Assembly (NCBI RefSeq): GCF_020745735.1 | Contig: NC_083422.1 | Location: forward strand, 16,120,001 to 16,184,000 | DNA from: Hemiscyllium ocellatum | Taxonomy: Eukaryota | Direction: 5' to 3' | DNA: 64,000 nt | Shown here: positions 1 through 12,920 of the stretch, piece after piece | How the letters are laid out: each line of letters opens with the position of its first letter | Position numbering within the stretch: the stretch's first letter is position 1 | The notes under the pieces: model-generated | What the model was told of the DNA's origin: nothing | Seen by the model: the letters and a program-made list of their open reading frames with translations, nothing else | The model's database searches: none | Made by a program: the position numbers and the translations under genes

Positions 1-353
1 ACCTTATAGAGGTTTATAAAATCATGAGGGGTATAGGTATGGTAAATAAGCGAGGTCTTTTCCCTGGGTTAGTGGAGTCCAGAACTAGAGGTCATAAGTT
101 TAGAGTGAGAGGGGAAAGATATAAAAGAGCCCTAAGGGGCAACTTTTTCATGCAGAGGGTGGTGTGTGTATGGAATGAGCTGGTACAAGGTGGAGGTGGT
201 GGAGGCTGTTACAATTATAACATTTAATAGGAAGGGTTTTGGGGGACATGAGCCAAGTGCTGGCAAATGGGACTAGATTAGTTTAGATATCTGGTCAGCA
301 TGGACAAGTTGGACCAAAGAGTCTATTTCCGTGCTGTACATCTCTCTGACTCT
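1..353 (+). mobile_element. CR1 (HER1-type) LINE 3' fragment
   Basis: Encodes LIEVYKIMRG...RTRGHKF...RGNFFMQRVVCVWNEL, the CR1 ORF2 C-terminus, followed by the 3' tail. Near copy at 63150-63530. Confidence 0.9.
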
Positions 354-619
354 GTCCTTCTATTATTGTGTTTTACAGATAACGTAGCCATTGATGAGTG
401 TTTCTGTAGCAGATCTGCTGAGCCAGACGTAGAACCAGGCAATATTGTGAAGACAGAAGGAAGTGATCTTGGTTTGACTGAGTGGATATGTGGTCGGAAA
501 CTTAGGGTGGAAGTTTCCAGACACTGTAGCCTTGGGAATGCAGGCAGGACACCGGGAAGATCAAAGGATGTAATTTTGGGATGGTTGCCATCAGACTGCT
601 GCCATTAAGAATGTCTATG

Positions 620-900
620 CTGAACATAAACCCAAACTAAACTAGTCCCACTTGCCTGCTCCAGGCCCATATCCTTCCAAACCTTTCCCATCCACCTACT
701 CACCTAAGGGTCTTTTAATGTTGTAACTATGCCCACATCCACCACTTCCTCAGGAAATTCATTACATATATTCTGTGTAAAAAAAATTGACCTATCATAT
801 TTATTTTTCTCTCCGCTCACCTTAACAATATTCCCTCTAGTCTTGAAGTCCCCATCCTAGAAAAAGGACACCTATCTATTTCTCTTTATCTATTTCTCTC
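620..900 (-). mobile_element. Degenerate CR1 3' fragment
   Basis: Reverse complement resembles the same 3' tail (ctagtcccacttgcctgct...ccaaacctttcc). Confidence 0.6.
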
Positions 901-1767
901 ATCTGGGGATGGGCCGGAATGGGGATTAGCTACTTGGAGAAACCAACCTGCATATTTAAGGCTTTGATCAGGAGTCATTCAGAGCACTCTTGATCTTTTA
1001 CTGTTGGTGGGCATCCCTGGGGCATTCCAAAGGACTATCAGTGCTGGCAGAGTCAGTGCAACCCTGTCCTCTACTACTGTCCTTCTTGAGTCTCTGCATT
1101 CCTCTCATTACCAGTTGTTCCAAACCTTTGGCTATAATCCTTGTAGCATTGTAGCAGTCCCTTCAGCTTCGACCTGAGCTCTGATATTGCTGCCTAAACC
1201 TCAACATCACTTTGCCATCCTTCTTTAAGATGTTCCTTAAAAACTGCCTTTTTTAAAAATTCAAAGTAATGCACCATATGCTTCTGGATTCTTTACAGTG
1301 ATTGATGCTGTTACAGTGAGGTGTTTGTCTCTAACTCCAAATTGTCAATATCAATGAGAAACAAAAATGATCCGGCCCTAATCTTTGTTCAGCACTGAAT
1401 TTAATCCTATTCCATTCTGAATAACTTGGCACTGATCCAGATTCTGCTTTTTATATTTTTTTAAGCAATGTGGCTTCCACACAGTTATTTATTCTGTATC
1501 CTCACACTCTACACTTCATCATGAACCTATGATGTGGAACTTAATGAAACGACAACGGATGAATGGGCATCGCACAACAATCGACAGACAGGAGGGTTCC
1601 CTCCCAGTTGGGGAACACTTCAGTGGTCCAGGACATTCAGCCTCGGATCTTCGGGTGACCATCCTCCAAGGTGGACTTCGGGACAGGAAGCAGAGGAAAG
1701 TGGCCGAGCAGAGGCTGAGAGCTAAGTTCGGTACCCATAGGGAGGGCCTCAACCGGGACCTTGGGTT

Positions 1768-2073
1768 TTTAGATTAGATTTACAGTGTGGAAACAGGCCC
1801 TTCGGCCCAACAAGTCCACACCGACCCACCGAAGCGAAACCCACCCATACCCCTACATTTTACCCCTTACCTAACACTACGGACAATTTAGCATGGCCAA
1901 TTCACCTGACCCGCACATCTTTGGACTGTGGGAGGAAACCGGAGCACCCGGAGGAAACCCACGCTGACACGGGGAGAACGTGCAAACTCCACACAGTCAG
2001 TCGCCTGAGTCGGGAATTGAACCCGGGTCTTCAGGCGCTGTGAGGCAGCAGTGCTAACCACTGTGCCACCGTG
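1768..2073 (-). mobile_element. tRNA-derived HE1/V-SINE-like SINE
   Basis: tRNA-like head GGTGGCACAGTGGTTAGCACTGCTGCCTCACAGCGCC..GGTTCAATTCCC, central GTTTCCTCCGGGTGCTCCGGTTTCCTCCCACAGTCCAAAGA and a CR1-like tail with TCTAA repeats. Confidence 0.9.
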
Positions 2074-2107
2074 GGTTCATGTCACATTACAGGTGATCAC
2101 CATTGTA

Positions 2108-2262
2108 CTACACACACACACAGATATTCCTACACACACACACTCTCACATACACACGGACACAGGTACACACAGATGCGCACACAGACACCCACACACA
2201 CCCTTACAGACACACACACTCACACATGCACTCCCTCACAGACTTCAGACACTCTCCACTCA

Positions 2263-2293
<31 letters not shown>

Positions 2294-2305
2294 TTCTCAC
2301 ACTCA
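2108..2305. repeat. Imperfect (CA)n microsatellite
   Basis: Directly visible. Confidence 0.9.
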
Positions 2306-2318
2306 CAACCCCCACCCC

Positions 2319-2354
2319 ATTCCTGATGAAGGGCTTATGCCCGAAACGTCGAAT
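2319..2354 (+). ncRNA. Minimal type I hammerhead ribozyme motif (PLE family A tail)
   Basis: ATTC-CTGATGA-A-GGGC-TTAT-GCCC-GAA-ACGT-C-GAAT: stem I, core, stem II hairpin, palindromic stem III and a GUC cleavage triplet. Confidence 0.8.
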
Positions 2355-2896
2355 TTCCTGTTCCTTGGATGCTGCCTGACCTGCTGTGCTTTAACCAGCA
2401 ACACATTTTCAGCTCTGATCTCCAGCATCTGCAGACCTCACTTTTTACCCCACCCCAGACAGACAGACACACACACAGCCAAAGACCCACATGCACACAT
2501 ATATTTTGTGTGGTGACTAGAGTTACATTGCACTTTGCTCAATAACTGCATACATTCATGTAGAACTCTGAGCTGAAAAACTGCATGAATTTATGTAAAA
2601 CTCTGTTATCTCACTTTTTTAAATTAGAATCAATCTAAACATCAGGTCATAGACAGAGAACACAGGGGGCCAACACCTTCAACATATTGAAGCTATCACC
2701 ATTGTTAACAGCTAACCCGAGAATGCAACTTTTAAAAAAAGGTTTTGTGATTTACACATGAAAGAAGTGAAACTATCACTGTATTCTAACAGATGAAAGG
2801 CTTAACAGACAATCAATTTTTCAATGTATAATTTCAGTTACATCACACTGCAAATTTTTGCTATAAATTCTGTGTTACGATCGAACCCTCCACTAT

Positions 2897-2931
2897 CACC
2901 TGATGGAGGAGCGTCACTCCGAAAGCTAGTG
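2897..2931 (+). ncRNA. Hammerhead motif, PLE family B (one core substitution)
   Basis: CAC-CTGATGG-A-GGAG-CGTCA-CTCC-GAA-AGCT-A-GTG. Confidence 0.6.
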
Positions 2932-4257
2932 TGCTTCCAATTAAACCTGTTGGACTATAGCCTGGTGTTGTGTGATTAATGAAAGGCAGTTAGAAGATCC
3001 AAGTTTATGACCTTTACTGCAATACAACTGTAATTTTAAAGCTTCTTTAATGTAACAAACCATCCCAAAAGTCAGAAGCATTATGAAGCAAATTGAATAT
3101 CAAGCCATTTTGACACAAGAGCAAACTTGGCTAATGAGAATGGTTTTAAGGAGGATTTTAGAAGAGGAAATGGAGATGGAGAGAGAGGACAAAGTATTGG
3201 GAGGAAATTCCAACACATAGGAACGAGGCTGCTAAAGACTCAGGCAAAGACTTTCCAATGTTCAGTAAAAGAAAGGCAGTGAGTGAGCTGTGTTTCATTG
3301 TATCTGCCCTGGCATGGGGCAAACTATTCCATACAATCACATGCTTCTCAGTTATACAGCAAGCGATTGTGTAAGTTACTCAACAGTTCACATAGTGAGT
3401 GTGACAGAAGTTCTCACCATTGGCCGGGACCTACTGGCTTCCAAAGGGCATCCAGTCTCCATACCTGATGCTGCAGCCCCACACTGTGCTAGTTACCCCA
3501 TAATATCAGGCACAGAAGAAAAACACAGAAGGACTCTCCTTCTCAACTTCTCCCCTTGCCTGAGGAGTGCCAACCCTCAGGTTAACCCAGTCGTAGGACT
3601 GGGGCAACTGTATTGTTGGCGTTTCTACCTCATCTTTCTTTTTAAACTGATTTCATGATCACCTCCTTCTGCACTTCACTATTATCTCTTCTCATTCTGT
3701 CTTTCTTGCCTTTCACCCTAAAACTGCCCTTCTACATTGTTTATTTGTCTGTAATTTCCCTGACAATGTAATTGCTTAATATCTAATTCAACTGAAATAT
3801 TTTCCAGTTCTGATGCACGATCACTGATCTGAAACAATGTCCTCTCCACAGAACCTGCCAGACCACCTTAGCAACATTGTCTCTGCTTCTGCGACTTGCG
3901 TTTTGAACCCACTGGTTAGTTTAAGGACTATCATTGCACAAACTTTGCTCAATGTTGCAACGTGTGTCTCTATTTTAAATCCTTGGCTTCCTTACAATTC
4001 AAAGTGATCCCTAGAGATCTAATTGAGTCAAACATGAAACACCCAACCGAGAGCCTTCTCTGGGTTTATTTGGCCCATGGGAGATTGTAAACAGTGCTTC
4101 AGTGTATCTGAAAGGAATGTGGCAACATCCCACCATGAGGGAGGATGCTGTCTTACTTCAGAATATCACCATTCTTGGTTTTAATTGGGTCCTGATCACT
4201 GCTTCATGTTAGTCCCTTGCAGCTGGACGTCTCCCTGTTGGAGGTTTAGCTTTGTAC

Positions 4258-4690
4258 AACATGGAAACAGATCCTTCAGTTCAACTCGTCCATGTTGACC
4301 AGACATCGTAAACTGATCTGGTGCCATTTGCCAGCATTCGGTTCACAATCCTCGAAACTCCTCCTATTCACATACCCATTGAGGTGCCTTTTAAATGTTG
4401 AAATTGAACCCATCTCTGCCATCTCCTTTCGCAATTCTTCTGTAATGTGAACTCTTTTCAAGGTTATTTAATTCCCTAAGTTCCCTGGCTTCCATATCCT
4501 TCTCCACAGTAAATACTGATGTGACATATTTGTTTAGTATCTCACCCATCTGCTGTGGTTGCACACATCGATAGTCACATTGATTTTTAAGTGGCCCTAT
4601 TCTCTGCCTAGTTACTGTTTGTCTTTAATGTGTTTATAGAATCTCTTTGGAATTCTCCTTGACTCTATTCACCATAACTATCCCATGTCC
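4258..4690 (-). mobile_element. CR1 LINE fragments
   Basis: 3' tail and GSISTFKRHLNGYVNR, then an internal piece similar to 47580-47720. Confidence 0.75.
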
Positions 4691-5139
4691 CCTATCCTGA
4701 TAGGCAGGGCCCACCTTGTTATGTCAGATAACCTTTCCAGCTGTGAACTGCTATTCACAATTCAAATTAATTTCAATATTCATGATCATTTCAGTGGTGA
4801 TGGTTATTTATATGGCCAGAAAAGCCTAGCACTGTGTGTCAGTGGAAAAATATATTTAAATGAAACGAGAAATAGTTAAAGGTAGAATATACTCCTTATA
4901 ACTAGCCTGCGCCTGTTAAAAGTGAGGTACTTTCTGATGCCAGAAATCTCTCTGAGAGGATAGGGAAGAGGAAGTGGCACAATAGGGCAGATTGTGTACT
5001 CAATACTGGAGCATTGCTTCAGGCTTTGCAGAGGACGAAAGAGGTCCTGTTTTTACAGAGGGCTGAGAGGCTCCCCAGACAGACACACAGACAGATTAAC
5101 TCATTGGATGCAAACAGCCCAAGAGGTGAATGCTAGCAA

Positions 5140-5340
5140 GGACAGGGACGTGGAGGTCCTGGTCAAGAGGGTGGTGCAAAGGAGAGGAGTCCTCTTCTTG
5201 GACAATCAGCGGAGGAGGCCATGACACCAGCTCCTGCCAAACTGGTTGGAATTAACTGGGTCAGTGCCATCTTGATGGTCTGAAGGGACAGCCAGCAATG
5301 TTGTAAACAGGTTAATGACATTCTCCGCACTGTCAGGGTC
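5140..5340 (+). pseudogene. Decayed Myb/SANT-like DNA-binding exon, PIF/Harbinger transposon type
   Basis: DRDVEVLVKRVVQRRGVLF..RRRP*..W.E / VSAI..V*R..QQCCKQVNDILRTVR, with stops and a frameshift. Fits the Myb_DNA-bind_5 pattern. Confidence 0.65.
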
Positions 5341-6344
5341 AGCAGCATACTTTTCTCGCTGTCACCTTATGCTCATTCTGTCTTGTTATTGAGGCACTCA
5401 CCTCACACATCCCCACCATTCTCACTGTCGCCTGTAACATCTTCCCTCACTTGCTCTCCCTTGAACATCCCAACCACTAACAGTGCTTGCCCTTTGGACT
5501 GTCTCCACAGAGCGCTGTTACATCTCACCAGCTTTCCCTACGTGCACCAGAATGAACAGATTTACCACGCACTTTCATCTCACTTGGTTTCCTCCTGTTT
5601 CTCATTCCAGGGAGACACAGGGCAGACAGACCTTGTATGGGTGGCAAGTGCCAACAGCTGTGTCCTCGCCCCCTGCAAAGGGAAAACCATGGCCCTTGCA
5701 GGACAAGGGAGGGACTGCTCCTGTGAGGATCATACAACTCTCAATACCTGAGTAAGTGCCTCCCTGTGTACCACTACCTCTCTCCTATTGACCCTGCTGT
5801 CATCCTCAATCAGTCCATATCACTTCTAACTACTGGTCACGACGCCCTCTCTCTCACTTCTGTCTTGTCGGTTCTGCAAGGTTCCTGACAATGTCTGTAG
5901 AGAAGCAGCCAGCTGTGGGTGAACCCCCAGCTCCTAGATTTCCTTGGCTGAGAGTTTGGAGGCCTCAGAGGAAGCATCATTAACAAGGCTGCCCCTAGCA
6001 CCCTCCATCAACTCAGACACTGAGACCTGTAGATGGAGTGTGAGGGTACTCAAGCTGGTGAGCACCTCACAGTGACAGCCCTGCAGCTGGCCAAGGGGGA
6101 AACGGTCCAGACCACTGGTACTCGGAGGGCTCAGGCAGGAGGACCGAGTGGTGTCAACGATCAGGGATTTTGTTCTAATGTACAGGGAGGGTCAGGACCA
6201 GCAGGCAGCTATCTGGGAGGCACTGGCTGTCATTGCCCAGAAACTACAGCCGTGCTGCAACATTAGAGTTTGTCTGGCTGTCTCGATGGACAAATTGGCA
6301 GTTACTATCAATACTAGGTCCAGTACCCTCAGGGACTGCAGGAG

Positions 6345-6382
6345 AAAAACACATGTGCACGCACACACACATGCACACTCAC

Positions 6383-6415
<33 letters not shown>

Positions 6416-7498
6416 TACTCTCTCAAACACACACACTCGCTCTCTCTCACACACACACTCTCTTTCTCTCACACACACATACATTTTCTCTCCCTCACAC
6501 ACACATACATTCTCTCTCTCACACTCACTCACTCACACACATACACACACACTCTCTCTCACATACACACTCTCTCTCCCACACACACACTCTCTCTCCC
6601 ACACACACACATACTCACACATTCTCTNNNNNNNNNNNNNNNNNNNNNNNNNNNNNNNNNNNNNNNNNNNNNNNNNNNNNNNNNNNNNNNNNNNNNNNNN
6701 NNNNNNNNNNNNNNNNNNNNNNNNNNNNNNNNNNNNNNNNNNNNNNNNNNNNNNNNNNNNNNNNNNNNNNNNNNNNNNNNNNNNNNNNNNNNNNNNNNNN
6801 NNNNNNNNNNNNNNNNNNNNNNNNNNNNNNNNNNNNNNNNNNNNNNNNNNNNNNNNNNNNNNNNNNNNNNNNNNNNNNNNNNNNNTTCTCTCTCTCACAC
6901 TCACTCACACACACACATAAACACACTCTCACACACACATACACTCTCTCACTTCAACACACTCTCTCTCACACACCCACAGACGTACACACACTGTCCC
7001 TCTCACACACACTCTCAAACACACACATACACACACTCTCCCTCTCACACACACTCTCAAACACACACATACACACACTTTCTCTCACATATACACACAT
7101 ACAAACTCNNNNNNNNNNNNNNNNNNNNNNNNNNNNNNNNNNNNNNNNNNNNNNNNNNNNNNNNNNNNNNNNNNNNNNNNNNNNNNNNNNNNNNNNNNNN
7201 NNNNNNNNNNNNNNNNNNNNNNNNNNNNNNNNNNNNNNNNNNNNNNNNNCTCTCTCTTCACACACAGACTCTCACACACAGACGCTTACACATACACACT
7301 CTCTCTCACACACACTCTCTCTCACACATACTCTCACATACACACTCTCTCTCANNNNNNNNNNNNNNNNNNNNNNNNNNNNNNNNNNNNNNNNNNNNNN
7401 NNNNNNNNNNNNNNNNNNNNNNNNNNNNNNNNNNNNNNNNNNNNNNNNNNNNNNNNNNNNNNNNNNNNNNNNNNNNNNNNNNNNNNNNNNNNNNNNNN
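6345..7498. repeat. (CA)/(CT) low-complexity tract with three assembly gaps
   Basis: N runs at 6628-6885, 7109-7249 and 7355-7498. Confidence 0.95.
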
Positions 7499-10400
7499 TG
7501 CTGACAGGGGCATGGTGTCCTTGAGCCGCACTCCTGTGTCATCCATCCTCACAAAGAGACAGTGATGGACCCACACACAGATCTTTTGCCAGTTTCCACT
7601 CAGGGCACTCCACTTCCACTCTACCTGACACTTTCTCACCCCCAAGGAGGGGCAGCTTGCCACTAGCAAGAGGACACCTGGTGTGTGTAGGACATCCATA
7701 TACAAGACACCTCCACCCCCCCACCACCCCCCGCCATCCCCCCACCTCCATCCCCCATCCGTGTCACCCCTCCAAACCTTCAAGGCCAATGTGTTTCACA
7801 TCAGAGCAGACTGCCTCAACCCAGGAAGTGAACTGAGGTTTGGTGGGAGGGAGAGAATATAGCAAGCTCATTGAGGGCACAATGGAGGCACGGGGGAAGA
7901 ACACTTTGGTGTAAACAGAAATGTGCACAGGAATGTTGATGACATTAATTTGCATGGATCTGCTTTTGAATGTGTGTGCGTAGACACTGAATCTCTCTAA
8001 TGCTTGTTTCCATTTGTGTGTGAATGTAAGCTGATAGAGATTTGTTCAGCAGTGGCTATGCCAGGGAGGGGCCACGCACAGAGAGAGTCAGTGCTGTAAC
8101 ATAGAGTCAACAATCTGTCATGCCTGCCATCCTAATCCCCTAATCTCTCTCTCACCAACACTCTGACTTTGTTTAATTTTAACTGATTGACTTTGTTAAA
8201 TTTTCAGAAAACAGTTTCATACTGAGCCACAACATTCCCAAACTCAACTTGAAATTCTCCAAATTACAATCAATCTATGCACAGATCTTTAATTCTGAAG
8301 TTACTAATTAACTCTGGTTACTAAATCTAAAATAGCCTGTTACTAGTAGTTTGAGAATACATTCTTACAGAAAACTACTTCAACTGCACTAGATAAATGC
8401 AAACCAATCCTGCTAACTTGCTTTGCCTAGTCTCACTGAAGGTTAAAGTCCCCTATCATTATTCTATTACCCTGATTACATGCTATTCTAACTTGTTGAC
8501 TTATGTTCTGCTCAACACTACCATTCCTAATGGGGACCCATAAACTAAGATTTCTTGGCCTTTGTCATTATCTTGACCTCTAATGACTCTACTTCAAGAT
8601 TTTCAGGTCAAGCTCCGTTCCCACTGCTGTCTTTATTTCAGCTTTTATGATCAGCATTCCCCTCAACCATTGCTAGGTAAAAGCATGTATCTCCATTTTA
8701 GCCATTCATTTACCTACCTTGTTCGGCACGTCTTGTGCATTCAGGGATAGTGCCTATAACTTTATCTTTCTGATAATTTTCTGTGATAGGGCATTAATCA
8801 TTAATAATTGCTCTTTACTTTTGTTACGACCTCTTCATTGAGGCTTCTGGTGGTGCAGTGGTAGTGTCCGAGCCAGGAGACTTGGGTTCAAGTCCCACCT
8901 GTCCCAGAGATGTGTAATAACATCTCTAAGCAACTCATTAAAAAAAATTAAAACTCTTTCACAGCAAGCTAGATTTGATCCAAATTAATACTCTCTTCAT
9001 CAGCATTGACACTTGTCTTCAGGTTTGTAAAGGTATCCTAACTTCAGCCCTCCCCATCACGTGCCCTTTTTTTTTAAAGCTCTAATCATTACACCTAACT
9101 ACTGGATTTGGGCTGTTAATGTTGGAACCTCCCTCCTTTGCCTGAAGAGATCCCATTAACTCCAGGCTTTTAATCTTTCATGCTACATGAATGTTGCTGC
9201 CAAGAGCAGCTCTTGTTGCCCATCTCTAATACCTCTTGAGCTGGGTGGGTCATCAGCCCCATCAGAGGGACATGAGGAGTCCCCACGTTGCTGTGTCTCT
9301 GGAGTCAGGAGAGGACCAGCAGATTTCAGGAGAAGGGAACCCAGTTGGGGTTTATGGTAATTGGTGATAGTTGCTATAAGATGCTTTCTATTCCAGATTT
9401 ATGAATTGAATTTAAAGTCTGTGAATCCATGTTGAAGGGAAACATCTGTGAATTTCTAGTCCAGTGACACTTCTACCACTTCCTGTCCTTTGTATTGAAG
9501 CACCAGCCCCCCATATCACTCTCACAGTCATGTATTTAACCCTCTATCCTTGATTCCTGACTGTAACTCAGATATCATGCAGTGGATGTTATTTTTTAAG
9601 GTTTTGCTTTCAAATTTGGATCCCAGCTCCTCAAGCTACCTCAATAGAGATAACTTTTTAAATATGTCAATATCATTACGCGACCAATGATTATATTTCC
9701 CTCCTCATTGACCAACTTCCTCTTCAGTCGCAACTACATAAGTCTGACAATGCTAGGTAATATGCTGACAGATGATTGGCTGGCAGATCCCTGGAGAGAA
9801 CTACAAACAGTCTCCAAAGAAGAGGAGGTTCCAGACTAAAGGCAAGTATAGGCTATGGTGGGGCCTGGATGACCGGTGATCCTCAAAGGGGGTATGGCCA
9901 CCCCTTACCTGATACCAGCTTTTGCAGCTAAACAAGTGGGATCTAGCCATGAAGTGACCAGTTAAAAGCCTTAGTAGGCCCAAGCATAGGCGCACCATCC
10001 AATTCCTCTGGCATTGTTCATCAAATAAGAGACAGGTTAGGCAGAGGGTGAGTTTGCTGTATTGTAAGGGCTGCACGTACCTTCACACCCAACAGCAAGG
10101 AACTGTCAAGTTCTGCCCTTCCTTCCAAATGTGCACTCTCCTGATGGGTGTCGAATGTTCTCACATTAATCTTAATGTAATTAAGCTACATTCCTGAGTT
10201 TCAATTGAATTGAACTGAATTTATTTTCACGTGTGACGAGGCGCAGTGAAAAGATTTGTCTTGCGAGCAAAACAGGCAGATCACAGATTTAAGGAGGATA
10301 GATAGTAAATAATAGGTAAACAGCAGCAAATCCAAAAACACAGGTACAGGCAAATGTTAACAGTTTGTGAGTCCATTCAGTATTCTAACAACAGAGTGGG

Positions 10401-10644
10401 TAGCTTCACCCCATTTCCAGGCTCGGCCTAAACTCACCCCCATTGAACTCTAGTGTGTCTGGATCACAGCGAGTTAAACAGATATCCAAATATAGATGGC
10501 CTGTTGTCATCACTGATTAACATTTCAATTCGGTAAACGTGGAGCAGCTTGTGCAAGAAGCAGCAAAATCCGTTCTATAGATACTAGCAGTGGAAATCTG
10601 TGAGAAAAATAAATTTAAAAAATGCTGCAGAAACTCAGCAACCA

Positions 10645-10895
10645 TTTAGGACTGAGATGAGGAGAAATGTATTCACCTAGAGAATTGTGAGTGTGGAATT
10701 CATTGTCACAGAATGCACTTGAGAGCAAAACATTGAGTGTTTTCAAAAAGGCATTTGAATATGGTTCTTAGGGCTAAAGGGATCAAAGGGTATGGGATGA
10801 AAGCAGGAACAGGGTACTGAGTTGGACAATCAACTGAGGTATATTCAATGGTGGAGCAGGTTCAAAGGGCTGAATGGCCTACTCCTGCTCCTATT
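10645..10895 (+). mobile_element. Old CR1 3' fragment
   Basis: atttaggactgagatgaggagaaat...gggctgaatggcctactcctgctcctat tail. Confidence 0.75.
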
Positions 10896-11714
10896 TTCTT
10901 TATCGTTGTAAATAAGCTTTAATGAGAACATAGCATAGATTTCACCTGGGAAACCCATTATCCAAATTGCTGTAAACAATATTAAATATTGCAGTGCCAA
11001 AATATGAGACAAAAATATGCCCACAATCTGAGTGGGCGAAGAACATAGACGCTAAGGTGGACCGATTTGCTAATAAAACATTTAATTAAACCTAGACTTT
11101 ATCTTCTCTAGCCTGGTAACTGAACCTCAGCATGTCACATTTGCCAAGTAATCCCAATTGTCCCTGATGTTTTTATTTACTTATTTTTAGAAGTCTGTAT
11201 AAATTTACACCTAAATGAGTTCAGCAGCTGTGTTAAAATATCAAAATAATATTCAGGCTTTTTGACGGTGGGAGCCTCCTATGTTCAACATGGTTCTGCT
11301 TCTTTCAGGTTTTCCCATGTAACATGGGTTTGCGATATTGCTGGTTGTTATCAACTGCATTCTATCAATAATAGCAGGACAAGAATGGATTTGATAACAG
11401 GATGATGCTGTACATTGTGATGGAGCAGGACAGCAGCAGGGCTATGCAAGAGACTATGGGGAAAGGACAGAATAATCCATATGAGTTGAATGTGATTGCA
11501 GAGAGCAGTAACATGTACAAAAATTTAAATAAAAAAGTCGGCAGAGTCAGGTTAGAGTTATTCATCAGGAGAGGGAACCAATTTAGAACATCGCTCTTCT
11601 CAAATATCTTTTCAAAATAAACAAGGCAGAAGAATTTAGAAATCACTGACTTTCTTTAGCAACCTTGTTGCTCTGGCCACAATTCCCAAACTATTAATTT
11701 CAATGAAAAGCTGC

Positions 11715-12030
11715 ATTCACAATAGTTCCTCCGACAGCACCTTCCAAACTCACCAACCTCTACCATCTAGAAAGACAAGGATGCAAGGGAACACCACCAA
11801 CTGCAAGTGCTCCTCTCGACTGCTCATTATTCTTTCTTGGACCTACATCCTGTTTGCTTCACTGTTGTTGTCAAAATCTGGGAATACCCTTCCTAAGAGC
11901 ACAGAGGGTGTACCTACAGCACGTGCACTGTCCCAGTTCAAGAAGACAGCTCACCACCATCATCTTCTCATTGGTCATTCAAAATGGGCTGTAACCTTTG
12001 CCTGAGCCAGTGATGCCCAGATCCCATGAA
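11715..12030 (+). mobile_element. LINE/SINE-type 3' repeat fragment
   Basis: ttcaagaagacagctcaccaccat...agccagtgatgcccagatcccatgaa, a tail resembling that of the SINE at 46268. Confidence 0.55.
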
Positions 12031-12250
12031 ATGGAGATGTCAGTGTTGGACTGGGGTGTACAAAGTTAAAAATCACACAACACCAGGTTATAGTCCAACA
12101 GGTTTAATTGGAAGCACTAGCTTTCGAGCGTTGCTCCTTCATCAGGTACTTGCGGTACTACTGCCTGATGTAGGAGCAGGGCTCCAAAAGCTAGTGCTTC
12201 CAATTAAACCTGTTGGACTATAACCTGGTGTTGTGTGATTTTTAACTTTG
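12031..12250. mobile_element. Palindromic mini Penelope-like element (two inverted family B tails)
   Basis: Inverted arms, each with a hammerhead-derived motif. Exact 13-bp TSD CAGATCCCATGAA at 12018-12030 and 12251-12263. Confidence 0.85.
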
Positions 12251-12359
12251 CAGATCCCATGAAGACATTTTAAAAATCTAAACTGGTTCATATGCCTTGT
12301 GTTGAAGTTCAAATTTGCTCTTCATTTGCACCAATTTTAATAAAAACAATTAAGATGTC

Positions 12360-12920
12360 AAATTTATAAGACACTTGTTATACCACAAATGGAGTGATTG
12401 TGTACAATTCTGGGCATCACATTATTAAGAAGGAGAGGAACACACTGCAGAAAGTGCAGAAGCAGCTTTCTGGAGTGGTAATAAATCTCAACTATGAATT
12501 CGATTGAAAGTGCTGTGGCTGCTTTCTTTGGAATGAAGAATGCTATGACGAGATTTGGTAGAGGTTTTCCAAACCATGAGCAGCCTACACAGAGTAGATG
12601 GGGAGAAACTGTTCCCACTTGTAAAGGATCAAGAACAAGTGGGCATAGATTTAAATTGATCTGCTAAAGAAGCAAAGGTTAAGTGAGGAAAAACTATTTC
12701 ACTCTGCAAGTAGTTAGGGCCTGAAAATGTGTTAGAGACATGTTCAACTGAGGCATTCAAGATGGCAAGAGATGATTATTTGGATAAAAAAATAATGTGT
12801 AAGAAAATGGAGGGAGGTTTGATGCAGGAGATTGGCACTGCGTAATGATGCTCAGTTGACAGACTGGTGCAAACACAAAGGGCAAAATGGCCTCCTTCTG
12901 CAAAGTAACAATTCTGTGAT
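12360..12920 (+). mobile_element. Degenerate CR1 3' fragment
   Basis: LYKTLV.PQMEx.VQFWA..Y-like translation and the 3' tail. Confidence 0.7.

Larger units (their letters stand above)
1540..2976 (+). mobile_element. Penelope-like element, family B, 3' part (GIY-YIG C-terminus, CA-rich UTR, tail with hammerhead motif), with nested insertions
   Basis: RQRMNGHR...PVGEHFSGPGHS..DLRVTILQ...AEQ.L..KFGT...GLN. The frame resumes after the SINE as GFMSHYR*. The tail matches the mini-elements at 12031 and 15357. Confidence 0.8.

Noticed and set aside
2051-2516. His/Thr-rich ORFs
   Set aside because: SINE end plus CA repeat plus PLE tail.
6148-7524. Long His/Thr/Leu/Ser-rich ORFs (458 and 423 aa)
   Set aside because: Translation of CA/CT microsatellite and N gaps.
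8848-8900. tRNA-like A/B boxes (also ~13590, ~60785 and the SINE heads)
   Set aside because: No complete cloverleaf; these are SINE-derived heads.
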